Source: a virus (Duplodnaviria > Caudoviricetes). From it: 64,000 nt of DNA. The notes under the pieces are model-generated. The model had not been told where the DNA came from, made no database searches, and saw only the letters and a list, made by a program, of their open reading frames with translations. This document shows, in pieces, positions 36,349 through 44,435 of this stretch (within the stretch, counting starts at the first letter, position 1; the number at the start of each line of letters is the position of its first letter). The stretch lies in the IMG/VR virus record IMGVR_UViG_2721755344_000002, positions 50,308-114,307 of that record. One strand, 5' to 3'. Position numbers and translations under genes: made by a program.

Positions 36349-36532
36349 AAATTAATACTGCAGGTGAGAGAAAGGAAAATTTATGCGCTTCTAATTGTAA
36401 GTTATCACTTTCTCCCGGAAAGACTTTTGCTTTACGCACTATAAAGCTGGTAAAGTAGTGTTTGCCAGCATCACACTTCCTTCTTTTACCCGCATATCCT
36501 TTTATTTTATTCAGAATCATCTTTCTTTTCAA
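36320..36532 (-). CDS. hypothetical protein
   Basis: overlapping ORF. Confidence 0.45.
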   Translation of the reverse strand: MKRKMILNKIKGYAGKRRKCDAGKHYFTSFIVRKAKVFPGESDNLQLEAHKFSFLSPAVLIYGKDTCCRG

Positions 36533-37082
36533 TTAACGGAGGCTCTAAACCTCGGTCTCTTCTCTTTTGAAGAATCAAAGCATCAATATCTTGAACAACA
36601 TCTCCACCACCCATATTAAAAAATTGGTTAATATTTGTAGGCTGTAAACCGCCTGCTTTCATATTACCATACATCTTGATTACTCTATCAATGGCTTTAT
36701 CTCTTTGCTCAATATTTGCAGACTCCATATCAAAATCTATTTTAGAAAGAGCTTTGATAAACAAATATCCCAGCATCTTCTCACTCTCAGAAAACCTCTC
36801 GGATATTATTCTGCGAATTTCCTCGTGAACCAATTTGTTAGTCCGAAGAATGTGATAAACTCTCTTGACATTTATTCTTAAATCTCTAGCGATAATGCCA
36901 GGTGGATATCCTCTGGAAGCGTATTCAGCTATCATCTGGTATCTCAAACTCAATACACCTTTTCGACCAAGTTTAATTCTATTACTATGATCCTGCTCCG
37001 CATTTTCAATATCTTGATGTTTATCTTCGTCTATTTCAGCTTCAGCTTCGTCTATTTCAGCTTCGATTACGTCTTCTTCCAT
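36507..37082 (-). CDS. HTH protein, candidate terminase small subunit
   Basis: GYPPGIIARDLRINVKRVYHIL helix-turn-helix followed by helical oligomerisation-like region. Confidence 0.5.
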   Translation of the reverse strand: MEEDVIEAEIDEAEAEIDEDKHQDIENAEQDHSNRIKLGRKGVLSLRYQMIAEYASRGYPPGIIARDLRINVKRVYHILRTNKLVHEEIRRIISERFSESEKMLGYLFIKALSKIDFDMESANIEQRDKAIDRVIKMYGNMKAGGLQPTNINQFFNMGGGDVVQDIDALILQKRRDRGLEPPLIEKKDDSE

Positions 37083-37429
37083 TACATCTCCTTCGCTTTC
37101 TCCAAAATTTTTCTAATATTAAATAAATTATTCTTCCAAACATCAAAATCTAGTCCGTCTCCGAGTTGGGTGAGCAGCCTCCATTCGCTTATGTTAAGCT
37201 CTTTCTCTATCTCTTCTACTATTTGCTCTAATTGTTGAACGGTTAAAAATTTACTATACCTAGAAATCAAATCATCACAAAAGCTTGGCATACCTGATCT
37301 ACGGCCGAAAGAATATCTAATAGTTGACAATAACATAACCCACAAGTCTAATTTACCAACAAGACAAGTCTTGTCAGCCCCGGTCTGAATCGCTATTCTT
37401 CTAGCCTGACTTTTTGATTTAATTGGCAA
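37082..37429 (-). CDS. conserved hypothetical phage protein
   Basis: IRYSFGRRS.MP..C. Confidence 0.65.
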   Translation of the reverse strand: MPIKSKSQARRIAIQTGADKTCLVGKLDLWVMLLSTIRYSFGRRSGMPSFCDDLISRYSKFLTVQQLEQIVEEIEKELNISEWRLLTQLGDGLDFDVWKNNLFNIRKILEKAKEM

Positions 37430-37591
37430 TTCTAATCTTTCAGCCTCCCTCCAATATTTTATAAATATCTTGTCCCAACTCCCATATTTTCTCGTTTAGT
37501 ATCTCTACCTCTTTTTCCAACTCTCTCACCTTTTTCAGTAATACTCTAATATGCCCTCCACTTTCATCTGTTTCGGTTTCGACAGTCATCT

Positions 37592-37873
37592 TTAATCTCC
37601 ATCCGAAATTCTAATCTTTCTTAGATATTTACGAAACCTGCCCTCTCCGAAAAAAATTGTGGGAGATGTTACTTCTCGATATGCAGGAGCACCTAAATTA
37701 TATAAGAATTGAGGATCTGATGTAGCACAAGCTTCACAATAAAAAATAAATCCATTTCTGGTTCCAAATTTAGCAGAAACTTTAAGTCGGTTGGCCCCCA
37801 TAAAAATATAATTATTGCATTTCCTACAATGAGACCTACTAGACTTAGCCTTTTCCCATACAAGATTATTCAT
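37592..37873 (-). CDS. PARP-type zinc-finger-like protein with RKIRI tail
   Basis: EKAKSSRSHCRKC...I..G..R...YCEAC. Confidence 0.6.
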   Translation of the reverse strand: MNNLVWEKAKSSRSHCRKCNNYIFMGANRLKVSAKFGTRNGFIFYCEACATSDPQFLYNLGAPAYREVTSPTIFFGEGRFRKYLRKIRISDGD

Positions 37874-37909
37874 CTGTTCCCCCCGCTCGGTCTTCCCTGT
37901 TTCTAAAAG

Positions 37910-38263
37910 TTATTCTTCATCCTTTAAAAATCCCATATCTCGTTTAATGTCAATAAAAGTTGCCATATCTCTCATCGAATGGATATCAAGTTGCCCTTTC
38001 TTATAATAGCACGTGCAAACTCCCACAGGGTCTAAAGAATCTAATCTCAAACCATATATTTCAGCGCACTTAACAAATTTCTTATCAAACTTTGTCATTA
38101 TTCCTACAAAATGTCCGCAGTCCTTGCACAAACCAAATTCGGCAAAATCGGAGACTTCTCCAGCAGACCTGAAACTAGTTTCCAAATTCTCTGCTTCTGC
38201 AATTATTCTACTGGCTTCCTTATCCTTTTCTTCTCCAAGAAAACTACGCACTTGAACCTCCAT
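37910..38263 (-). CDS. Cys-containing hypothetical protein
   Basis: Start refined to MEVQV downstream of a class II motif. Confidence 0.65.
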   Translation of the reverse strand: MEVQVRSFLGEEKDKEASRIIAEAENLETSFRSAGEVSDFAEFGLCKDCGHFVGIMTKFDKKFVKCAEIYGLRLDSLDPVGVCTCYYKKGQLDIHSMRDMATFIDIKRDMGFLKDEE

Positions 38264-38265
38264 TC

Positions 38266-38289
38266 TTATATAACACCTTCGCAAAATTT
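38266..38289 (-). promoter_or_regulatory. class II promoter-like motif
   Basis: AAATTTTGCGAAGGTGTTATAT, ATG 7 nt after GTGTTA. Confidence 0.5.
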
Positions 38290-38563
38290 ATTCGCAACTT
38301 TCAAACACGTGGAACACCAGATTTCCTCCTGACATCAAAAACGATCCTATGTAATGATATCCCCCAAAATTACCAACATTATTCGGCAATTCTACTCCTG
38401 TAGGAAAAACACTAAAATGCCTAGTTTCTTTCTCTTGGGAGGGGTCAACCAAAAACCAAATTTGAGCTACCTCTTTTTGGTTCCCAACAAATAGCGGAAC
38501 ACCTCCTTTGGGAATTTGCAAGTAACACTCTGGACTTAACGTATATTTCAATATTTTTTTCAT
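38288..38563 (-). CDS. conserved hypothetical phage protein
   Basis: MKKILKY.L...IWFLVDP...TG...YIGSF...LVFHVFE. Confidence 0.75.
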   Translation of the reverse strand: MKKILKYTLSPECYLQIPKGGVPLFVGNQKEVAQIWFLVDPSQEKETRHFSVFPTGVELPNNVGNFGGYHYIGSFLMSGGNLVFHVFESCE

Positions 38564-38793
38564 TGCCCTTCCTCAGCTTGCAACCCGCGGGGATGATATG
38601 GCTTTCCCATTATGGAAAGAGTTTCTCTCCATTGAAACTCGTCCAAACATTTACTTGAACAAACTTTGCAGTTTCTCCCCATCTGGTTGGGTATTTCTAC
38701 AAGCATTTTATGTCCGCAAACATTACAATACAATTCCTGTTTCGACCACATTTCATTCCTTTCTTGGATATGTTCCGATGTAAACAAAAACAT
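38560..38793 (-). CDS. zinc-finger hypothetical protein
   Basis: CNVC...CS.KC. Confidence 0.6.
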   Translation of the reverse strand: MFLFTSEHIQERNEMWSKQELYCNVCGHKMLVEIPNQMGRNCKVCSSKCLDEFQWRETLSIMGKPYHPRGLQAEEGQ

Positions 38794-39191
38794 CTATGGC
38801 TTTTTCGCCACATTTAGTACATTTCACAAATCGGGTCAATCGAATAAGATTCTCCAACTGAGTCAAAATCTCTTCGCCTTCATTCTCAAAATTGTGATCG
38901 CATTCCGCCATCTACTCTAATAATTTCCTGCACATTTTTCTTGCTTCAATCAAAAAAACAGAGTCGTTTTCTGGCTGTTGTAAATATACCCACAATTCTT
39001 TAATACCGCCCCGCAATTTTTTTATAGTGTCTTTATACGTTTCTTTGACTATCTTTCTTTTTGCCATAATCTCCTAAAGTTTTTTTTCCCTTCTTTCTTT
39101 TGGCTTCTTTTTGCTTATCAAGGTGAACTTTCGCAAACTGCTCAGCCCAAAAATCTGCCCTGTCCTTTTTTCTTTTCATATTATTGAGAAT

Positions 39192-39220
39192 AGTATAACA
39201 TAAATAGAAAGGAATGTCAA
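39192..39220 (-). promoter_or_regulatory. sigma70-type promoter
   Basis: TTGACA-17-(TGT)TATACT. Confidence 0.75.
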
Positions 39221-39221
39221 G

Positions 39222-40715
39222 CTAAAGAGTACAAGTTCCATCTTCGCATTTAGTAGAGACTAAAACCCCGTCAATAGATTTATCTCTAAAAACGGTTATC
39301 CCCTTTGCTCCCATTTTCCATGCTTGAAGATAAATATTCCTAATATCTTCCACACCAATATCATAAGGAACATTTACTGTTTTACTAACTCCAGCATCTA
39401 CAAATTTTTGAAATTCAGCTTGAATCTTGATATGCCACTCGGGGCTTACTTGGTGGGCGGTCCTGCAAAACTCGGATTTGTAAATATCTCTTGTTTCTTT
39501 AATTATTCCAACTGTTATATGTCTTTCAAAACTGGTATCAAATACGGGCTCAATCCCGGAAGAGCAATCAGCAAGTATGCTCAAACTGCCTGTAGGAGCG
39601 ATGGACCTTTTATAAAAAGAATCCCCTCCAACTTCATCAGAAGCTTCTACATAAGGTTTAGCTAATTTACGTATAAACTCAAGACAATCTTCAGAGTCAT
39701 ATTTTATACCCAACATAATCAGAGTATCTGCGAATCCCATTATCCCAACCCCAAACGGAGACAACTCTTGCATTACTCTTCCGATTTGAGGAATAGGATA
39801 ATAATTAATAAGATTAACATTTAATAATGCCCTACTTCCAATCTTAACAACATCAAAAAATCTAGCAAAATCAAAATTATCCCCATCAACAAATTTACTA
39901 ATATTTATACTTCCAAGAGTACAGGCTCCCCAATCTGGGAGGGGGACTTCTCCACACGGATTTGTTGCCGTAATTTTTATCTCTGGAAATCTCCTATTAT
40001 CTTTATTAATTCTGTCATAAAAAAGAAGTCCAGGATCCCCACTAACCCATGCTCCCAAAGTAATTAAATCAAATATATCTTTGGATTTCAAACTCCCATA
40101 TTTTTTTCCTTCGTGGATCAAATCTACATATACCCCGCCATTTTCGAGAGAAGACATAAATTCATCTGTTACAAGTACAGAAAGATTGAAATTGGTAAGA
40201 GTTCTTGTAAGTTTTGACCTACAAAAATCAAGTATATCAGGATGATTATAGTTAAGAACACTCATAGCGGCTCCTCTCCTAAATCCACCCTGTTTAACAA
40301 TTTCTGTCACCCTGTCAAAAAGATTCATAAAGGAAGTAGAGCCACTACTAGTTCCCCCCGAAGATAGAGGCGCATCTTTTGGTCTTAAAGCACTAAAATT
40401 GAACCCGCAACCTCCCCCTCTCTGAAATATTACAGCCATATTTCTAATAGCATCAAAGATACTGTGAATTGAATCTTCAATAGGCAATACAAAACAAGCA
40501 CTTAATAAACCCTTTTTTCTTCCAGCATTTCTAATGGTAGGACTGTTCGGAAAAAATATTCCATCCGAAAATAGTTCCAGTAATTTATTCTCAAATTTAT
40601 CATCTTTTATACTAATAGCTTTTGCTACTCTCTTTAAAACCCCTTCCGATGACTCCGCCTTATCTTTGTGCGCGTACCTATTTTGTATCAACAATGAAGC
40701 ATTACTACTTAACAT
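39222..40715 (-). CDS. nrdJ: class II (adenosylcobalamin-dependent) ribonucleotide reductase, compact
   Basis: PNSPTIRNAG, SACFVL, QGGFRRGA, TNPCGE, CTLGSIN, IAPTGSLS, SKTVN, C-terminal CEDGTC; no beta subunit gene adjacent. Confidence 0.92.
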   Translation of the reverse strand: MLSSNASLLIQNRYAHKDKAESSEGVLKRVAKAISIKDDKFENKLLELFSDGIFFPNSPTIRNAGRKKGLLSACFVLPIEDSIHSIFDAIRNMAVIFQRGGGCGFNFSALRPKDAPLSSGGTSSGSTSFMNLFDRVTEIVKQGGFRRGAAMSVLNYNHPDILDFCRSKLTRTLTNFNLSVLVTDEFMSSLENGGVYVDLIHEGKKYGSLKSKDIFDLITLGAWVSGDPGLLFYDRINKDNRRFPEIKITATNPCGEVPLPDWGACTLGSINISKFVDGDNFDFARFFDVVKIGSRALLNVNLINYYPIPQIGRVMQELSPFGVGIMGFADTLIMLGIKYDSEDCLEFIRKLAKPYVEASDEVGGDSFYKRSIAPTGSLSILADCSSGIEPVFDTSFERHITVGIIKETRDIYKSEFCRTAHQVSPEWHIKIQAEFQKFVDAGVSKTVNVPYDIGVEDIRNIYLQAWKMGAKGITVFRDKSIDGVLVSTKCEDGTCTL

Positions 40716-40743
40716 ATTTCTCCTTTGCGGGTAAAACCCTATA

Positions 40744-41022
40744 TTAAGATAGATTGAATTTTCTTGTTCTTTTGTGAATTAAACTACCTGGATATGGTAA
40801 CTTATGCTGGGAATACCACGCTTCAGAGAGGCTAATAAAGTTATTTTCATTCTCAATAGCTTGTAAAAAAATTTTTTGGAGTTCTTCGTATGCTCTCGTT
40901 CCGTAAACTCGTGAACCGCAGTCCTCGTCTTTACAAGTAAAATTAGAAGTATAAAGTTCCTTACCACAAACAAAACAATGAGTTAGACCACTTTTCTTTC
41001 CATTAATTCTTATCATTATCAT
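40744..41022 (-). CDS. zinc-finger hypothetical protein
   Basis: CFVC...C...C. Confidence 0.6.
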   Translation of the reverse strand: MIMIRINGKKSGLTHCFVCGKELYTSNFTCKDEDCGSRVYGTRAYEELQKIFLQAIENENNFISLSEAWYSQHKLPYPGSLIHKRTRKFNLS

Positions 41023-41079
41023 ACATTGACCATCTACCTATTCATTTATATAAGTCGCTATTTTTCGCTAAAAAATATA

Positions 41080-41309
41080 TTGGGATGCAGGTGGATTTTA
41101 TAAAGCTGAACGTAACAACAAAAGAACTATCCATTACAGTTCTACAACGGAGTGCGACTAGACTTGCGAGGTTACAGCAACGACAACAAAGGCTCAGCCG
41201 GAATCGAGACTCCCCAAAAATAGTCGCCGCCAACATAGTACAGCTCCAGATATTTCTATCTCCACTTTTCCGATGTCTAAGCAAAGCTAACAACATCGTA
41301 GCATCCCAA
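41080..41309 (-). ncRNA. novel ~230-nt multibranched ncRNA candidate
   Basis: At least seven mutually nested helices closed by TTGGGATGC/GCATCCCAA, followed by a U-tract. Confidence 0.7.
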
Positions 41310-41316
41310 ATTTTTG

Positions 41317-41601
41317 CTAAAGCGGTTTTAAAATATCTTTTGCATCAGCTTCAAAAACGATTTCTGTTTTGGCATTGCTCTCCTTAATAGCCGAACCTGC
41401 CATGAACAGGAAATTCTCGTATTCGCTAATGCGCTTGTCAATCTCTTTTGGGTCGTACTGGGGACTGGTTTCTTTTACGAAGTCTCCAGAAATCCTATCC
41501 GACCATCTTTCCCTAATAGATTGATCTTTTTGGAGACCCTTATACCTTCCTATCCTCTCCCGAACTACCTTCATCATCTCCAATAACTGATTTACTGTCA
41601 T
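41317..41601 (-). CDS. DIP1984/DUF6847-like coiled-coil protein
   Basis: Start refined to MTVNQLL (GGAGGTGA RBS); helix-loop-helix, P.YD..EID..I and AIKESNAKTEI C-terminal pattern. Confidence 0.55.
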   Translation of the reverse strand: MTVNQLLEMMKVVRERIGRYKGLQKDQSIRERWSDRISGDFVKETSPQYDPKEIDKRISEYENFLFMAGSAIKESNAKTEIVFEADAKDILKPL

Positions 41602-41758
41602 CCGAATCACCTCCAATCTTTTTAAAGCATTCTTTGCAGAGCAAAGTTGGAAATATAACATTTCTAACTCTAATTTCCTTAACCTCTGACATACGATTCA
41701 GTTTATTACATTCAGAACACCTAAAAAATTCAATTATGTCTTCTTCGATATAACCCAT
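41540..41758 (-). CDS. zinc-finger hypothetical protein
   Basis: CSEC...CKEC. Confidence 0.6.
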   Translation of the reverse strand: MGYIEEDIIEFFRCSECNKLNRMSEVKEIRVRNVIFPTLLCKECFKKIGGDSDDSKSVIGDDEGSSGEDRKV

Positions 41759-42034
41759 TCAAACCTCTTTCTCTCCAAGAATCAATCCTTTAGCCCTCAT
41801 CTCATCATATTGTTTAATCTGAAGTTTGACTTGCTCCAATTCTAGTTCGGAAATAATTCTCCTATCAATCAATAGCGATCGCAAAGCAATAAACTCTCTT
41901 TGGATAGTCCCCATTTTATCCATCAAATCGTTCAGGATAACTACAAGCTGGTCTATATTTTGCTTGTTCTGCGTCTCAGCTATTAATAGTCTTTCCTGCC
42001 TCGACCTCTTCATACTTCTTGCATCAGCTCTCAT
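41759..42034 (-). CDS. coiled-coil hypothetical protein
   Basis: ATGA-coupled. Confidence 0.65.
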   Translation of the reverse strand: MRADARSMKRSRQERLLIAETQNKQNIDQLVVILNDLMDKMGTIQREFIALRSLLIDRRIISELELEQVKLQIKQYDEMRAKGLILGEKEV

Positions 42035-42510
42035 ATGTATCTCTCTCCTGCGTCTAATTGACCGACTCCCTCGAGTTCACATAAAAATTCATGTATCTTT
42101 TCTTCCAAAAATTCTTTCGTAACGTCTTCCTTATCTTTATAATGAAGAGCAAGATACTTCAGATCTTCCGCTCTGTTGTTTACCATATAATTATGAAGTG
42201 CTATAAAAGATTTATGGGCAGAATCCCTGTAAAATTTATGATGGCCCGGACAGGTGGCGCAGCCATTTTGCGGAGCATATCTAAGAACTTTGTTAGTCCA
42301 ATAATTTTCAACATGGTGAGCATTTAAATAACCATCTGAACATGGAGTACCTAAGAATTTACCTATCTCGCAAATATTACCTGCTCTCTTCCTAACTACT
42401 TTTGACCAAAGTTCTGAGCATCTCTTTCTAAGTCGTTTTAACTCTTTAGCTTTATAAGTCTTAGTATCTTTATTTACGACTTTCTTTTTCTTCTTTTTCT
42501 TCACTACCAT
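42031..42510 (-). CDS. HNH/NinG-like endonuclease
   Basis: LWSKVVR...CE..G...LNAHH...LRY...NG..TC..HH. Confidence 0.75.
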   Translation of the reverse strand: MVVKKKKKKKVVNKDTKTYKAKELKRLRKRCSELWSKVVRKRAGNICEIGKFLGTPCSDGYLNAHHVENYWTNKVLRYAPQNGCATCPGHHKFYRDSAHKSFIALHNYMVNNRAEDLKYLALHYKDKEDVTKEFLEEKIHEFLCELEGVGQLDAGERYI

Positions 42511-42534
42511 TATATTAACACCTTTGCAAAAATT
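42511..42534 (-). promoter_or_regulatory. class II promoter-like motif
   Basis: AATTTTTGCAAAGGTGTTAATAT, ATG 5 nt after GTGTTA. Confidence 0.5.
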
Positions 42535-43297
42535 ACTCGTGAATAATCTCGTCCAATATTGCCTTCATTTTAGGAGTAGAATTATCAAGAATATAAGCTT
42601 TCAATTTTTCTTTTAATTCGGTTCTCTTTCGGTAAAATACGCCTATTCCCAAACCGGATTTCTTCTGTAACTTAGTCCAGTCTCCTATCTTCCCATACAC
42701 AAATGTATAAGCTATATCCCTTTCTAGTTGGTCAGTAAAAGAATAATTCTCAAACAACGTCCTTACATCCCCAAAAAACTCTTCCCTCTCAAAATCATTA
42801 TCTTTAAACGCTTCCGTCTGCGAGGCAAAATCATCAGATGTTCGGAGTCTTGCTTCTAACTTCCAATCTCGCTGACGATGATACAAGTGCAATCGAATCT
42901 TGTTTAAAATTTCCTGATTGAGAATATCTCCTAAAAAGGTAATAAATTTAGTTCGGCGTCTTCTATCCCATATATCTACTGCTTTAACAAAGATGAAAAA
43001 ACTTTCTTGAAATAGTTTTTGGCAAAGTTCTGGATCTCGACGTAAAATTGTAGACTTTTTTTCTCTAATAAACTGATGAACTCTACCGTGAACCAAACCC
43101 CTTACTTGATCCCAAAGAATATTTCTCAGGGGAGTCAAATGAGTCCGTTGATATAAATCGCATAGGTCGTCATACCAACTTGTGTCTCTCTTATCCTTGT
43201 GCAATAAAAACTCATTTTTTCCACGTCTAATAATTACATTTTCGTGTTTAGCCCGACGCTCTATTATCGGAATAAAAAGACTTTTAGCCCTTCGCAT
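42533..43297 (-). CDS. phage sigma70-like transcription factor
   Basis: Region 2-like LFQESFFIFVKAVDIWD...KFITFL; C-terminal HTH. Confidence 0.65.
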   Translation of the reverse strand: MRRAKSLFIPIIERRAKHENVIIRRGKNEFLLHKDKRDTSWYDDLCDLYQRTHLTPLRNILWDQVRGLVHGRVHQFIREKKSTILRRDPELCQKLFQESFFIFVKAVDIWDRRRRTKFITFLGDILNQEILNKIRLHLYHRQRDWKLEARLRTSDDFASQTEAFKDNDFEREEFFGDVRTLFENYSFTDQLERDIAYTFVYGKIGDWTKLQKKSGLGIGVFYRKRTELKEKLKAYILDNSTPKMKAILDEIIHE

Positions 43298-43347
43298 TCC
43301 ATGCCTTTATCCTCTTAAAAACGGGCTTAAATAAGATTATCCAATTA

Positions 43348-44061
43348 TTATTTCATCTTTTTATCCATCTCATACTTAACATATTTGGGTTCGACACCTT
43401 TCATAATCTTTTTATTCATCTCTTTTTCAATTTTAGTTATTTCTTTAACATATTTTGGCTGAATACCCCCGCCAGGACCTGCGTTGTATGCGCTTAAAGT
43501 AAGTTTCCACACTTCTGTTTCATTTGTGGGATGCTTAACTTTATACGTGTCATACAAATCCTTCAAGATATGAGTAGCCACTTTAATATTTACAAGAGGA
43601 TCCCAAGCAGCTTGAGTTGACACACCCAATCTCAACTTCTTGGCATAATCTTCAAATGTAGCTGGCATAATCTGCATAATACCCATAGCACCCTTACTGG
43701 ATTTAGCATTAGGAGCAAACTCACTTTCCCCTTTCATAACTGCCAATACCAAACCTGGAGGCAAATTCAGGTGCTTACATTGCTCCACAATCGCCTGTGC
43801 AATATCCATACCCTGCCCTAAAGAAATACCTTTGTTCCTTAAAACATCATAAATAGTACTCTTCAATTTGAAAGTCTCTAAAACCAGGGATTGATCGTTT
43901 ACCAAAAAAACATCATACGATACTTTCTTAGTTAAAAGAGTCGTCCCTAGTAAAACAACCAAAAGTAAATAAAAACAGTTGGTTAGAATCCATCTTAATC
44001 GCCATTTCTTCTTCAAACTATCATATGTTTTTTTCCATACAACACCCGTAGACTCATTCAT
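43348..44061 (-). CDS. SLT-family lytic transglycosylase with N-terminal TM anchor
   Basis: LAVMKGESEF, GAMGIMQIMPAT, NI, LSAYNAGP. Confidence 0.9.
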   Translation of the reverse strand: MNESTGVVWKKTYDSLKKKWRLRWILTNCFYLLLVVLLGTTLLTKKVSYDVFLVNDQSLVLETFKLKSTIYDVLRNKGISLGQGMDIAQAIVEQCKHLNLPPGLVLAVMKGESEFAPNAKSSKGAMGIMQIMPATFEDYAKKLRLGVSTQAAWDPLVNIKVATHILKDLYDTYKVKHPTNETEVWKLTLSAYNAGPGGGIQPKYVKEITKIEKEMNKKIMKGVEPKYVKYEMDKKMK

Positions 44062-44107
44062 AATAGTTCTCCTTTTAACTCTTATTAGTTATATAATCTA
44101 CGAGTAT

Positions 44108-44136
44108 ATCTTACCATATTTAGAGTAGTTTGTCAA
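44108..44136 (-). promoter_or_regulatory. sigma70-type promoter
   Basis: TTGACA-17-(TGG)TAAGAT. Confidence 0.7.
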
Positions 44137-44435
44137 GTCCTTTCTCCCTGTCGGGCAAGACTCTTTAAATTTCTCAATGTTTCAGAAAACCTCAATGGAT
44201 CAACCGTAGCCTCCCTATTCAGAAATGCCATAATATCTTTCTCTAAACTTTCTGTATCTTCAAAGCAAAACCAAGACTTCTCCCTATCTTTTCTTATCTT
44301 CTTAATTTTATAATCTCGACAAGCTAGATAAGAAACAAGTGCAATATCTGATAATTCTTTCTCTTTAGCCACGTTACCCTCCGTCATATATTCTGGTTTC
44401 ATCGTTTTCCTTTCGAGTCTGAATTCTATTCTCAA
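44133..44435 (-). CDS. DUF5659-like small protein
   Basis: SDIALVSYL...WFCFED...VDPLRFSETLRNLK. Confidence 0.6.
   Translation of the reverse strand: MRIEFRLERKTMKPEYMTEGNVAKEKELSDIALVSYLACRDYKIKKIRKDREKSWFCFEDTESLEKDIMAFLNREATVDPLRFSETLRNLKSLARQGERT

Noticed and set aside
41042-41387. ORFs 41042-41296 (-) and 41085-41387 (+) as genes
   Set aside because: Atypical composition and no clear RBS; the region is better explained by nested RNA helices.
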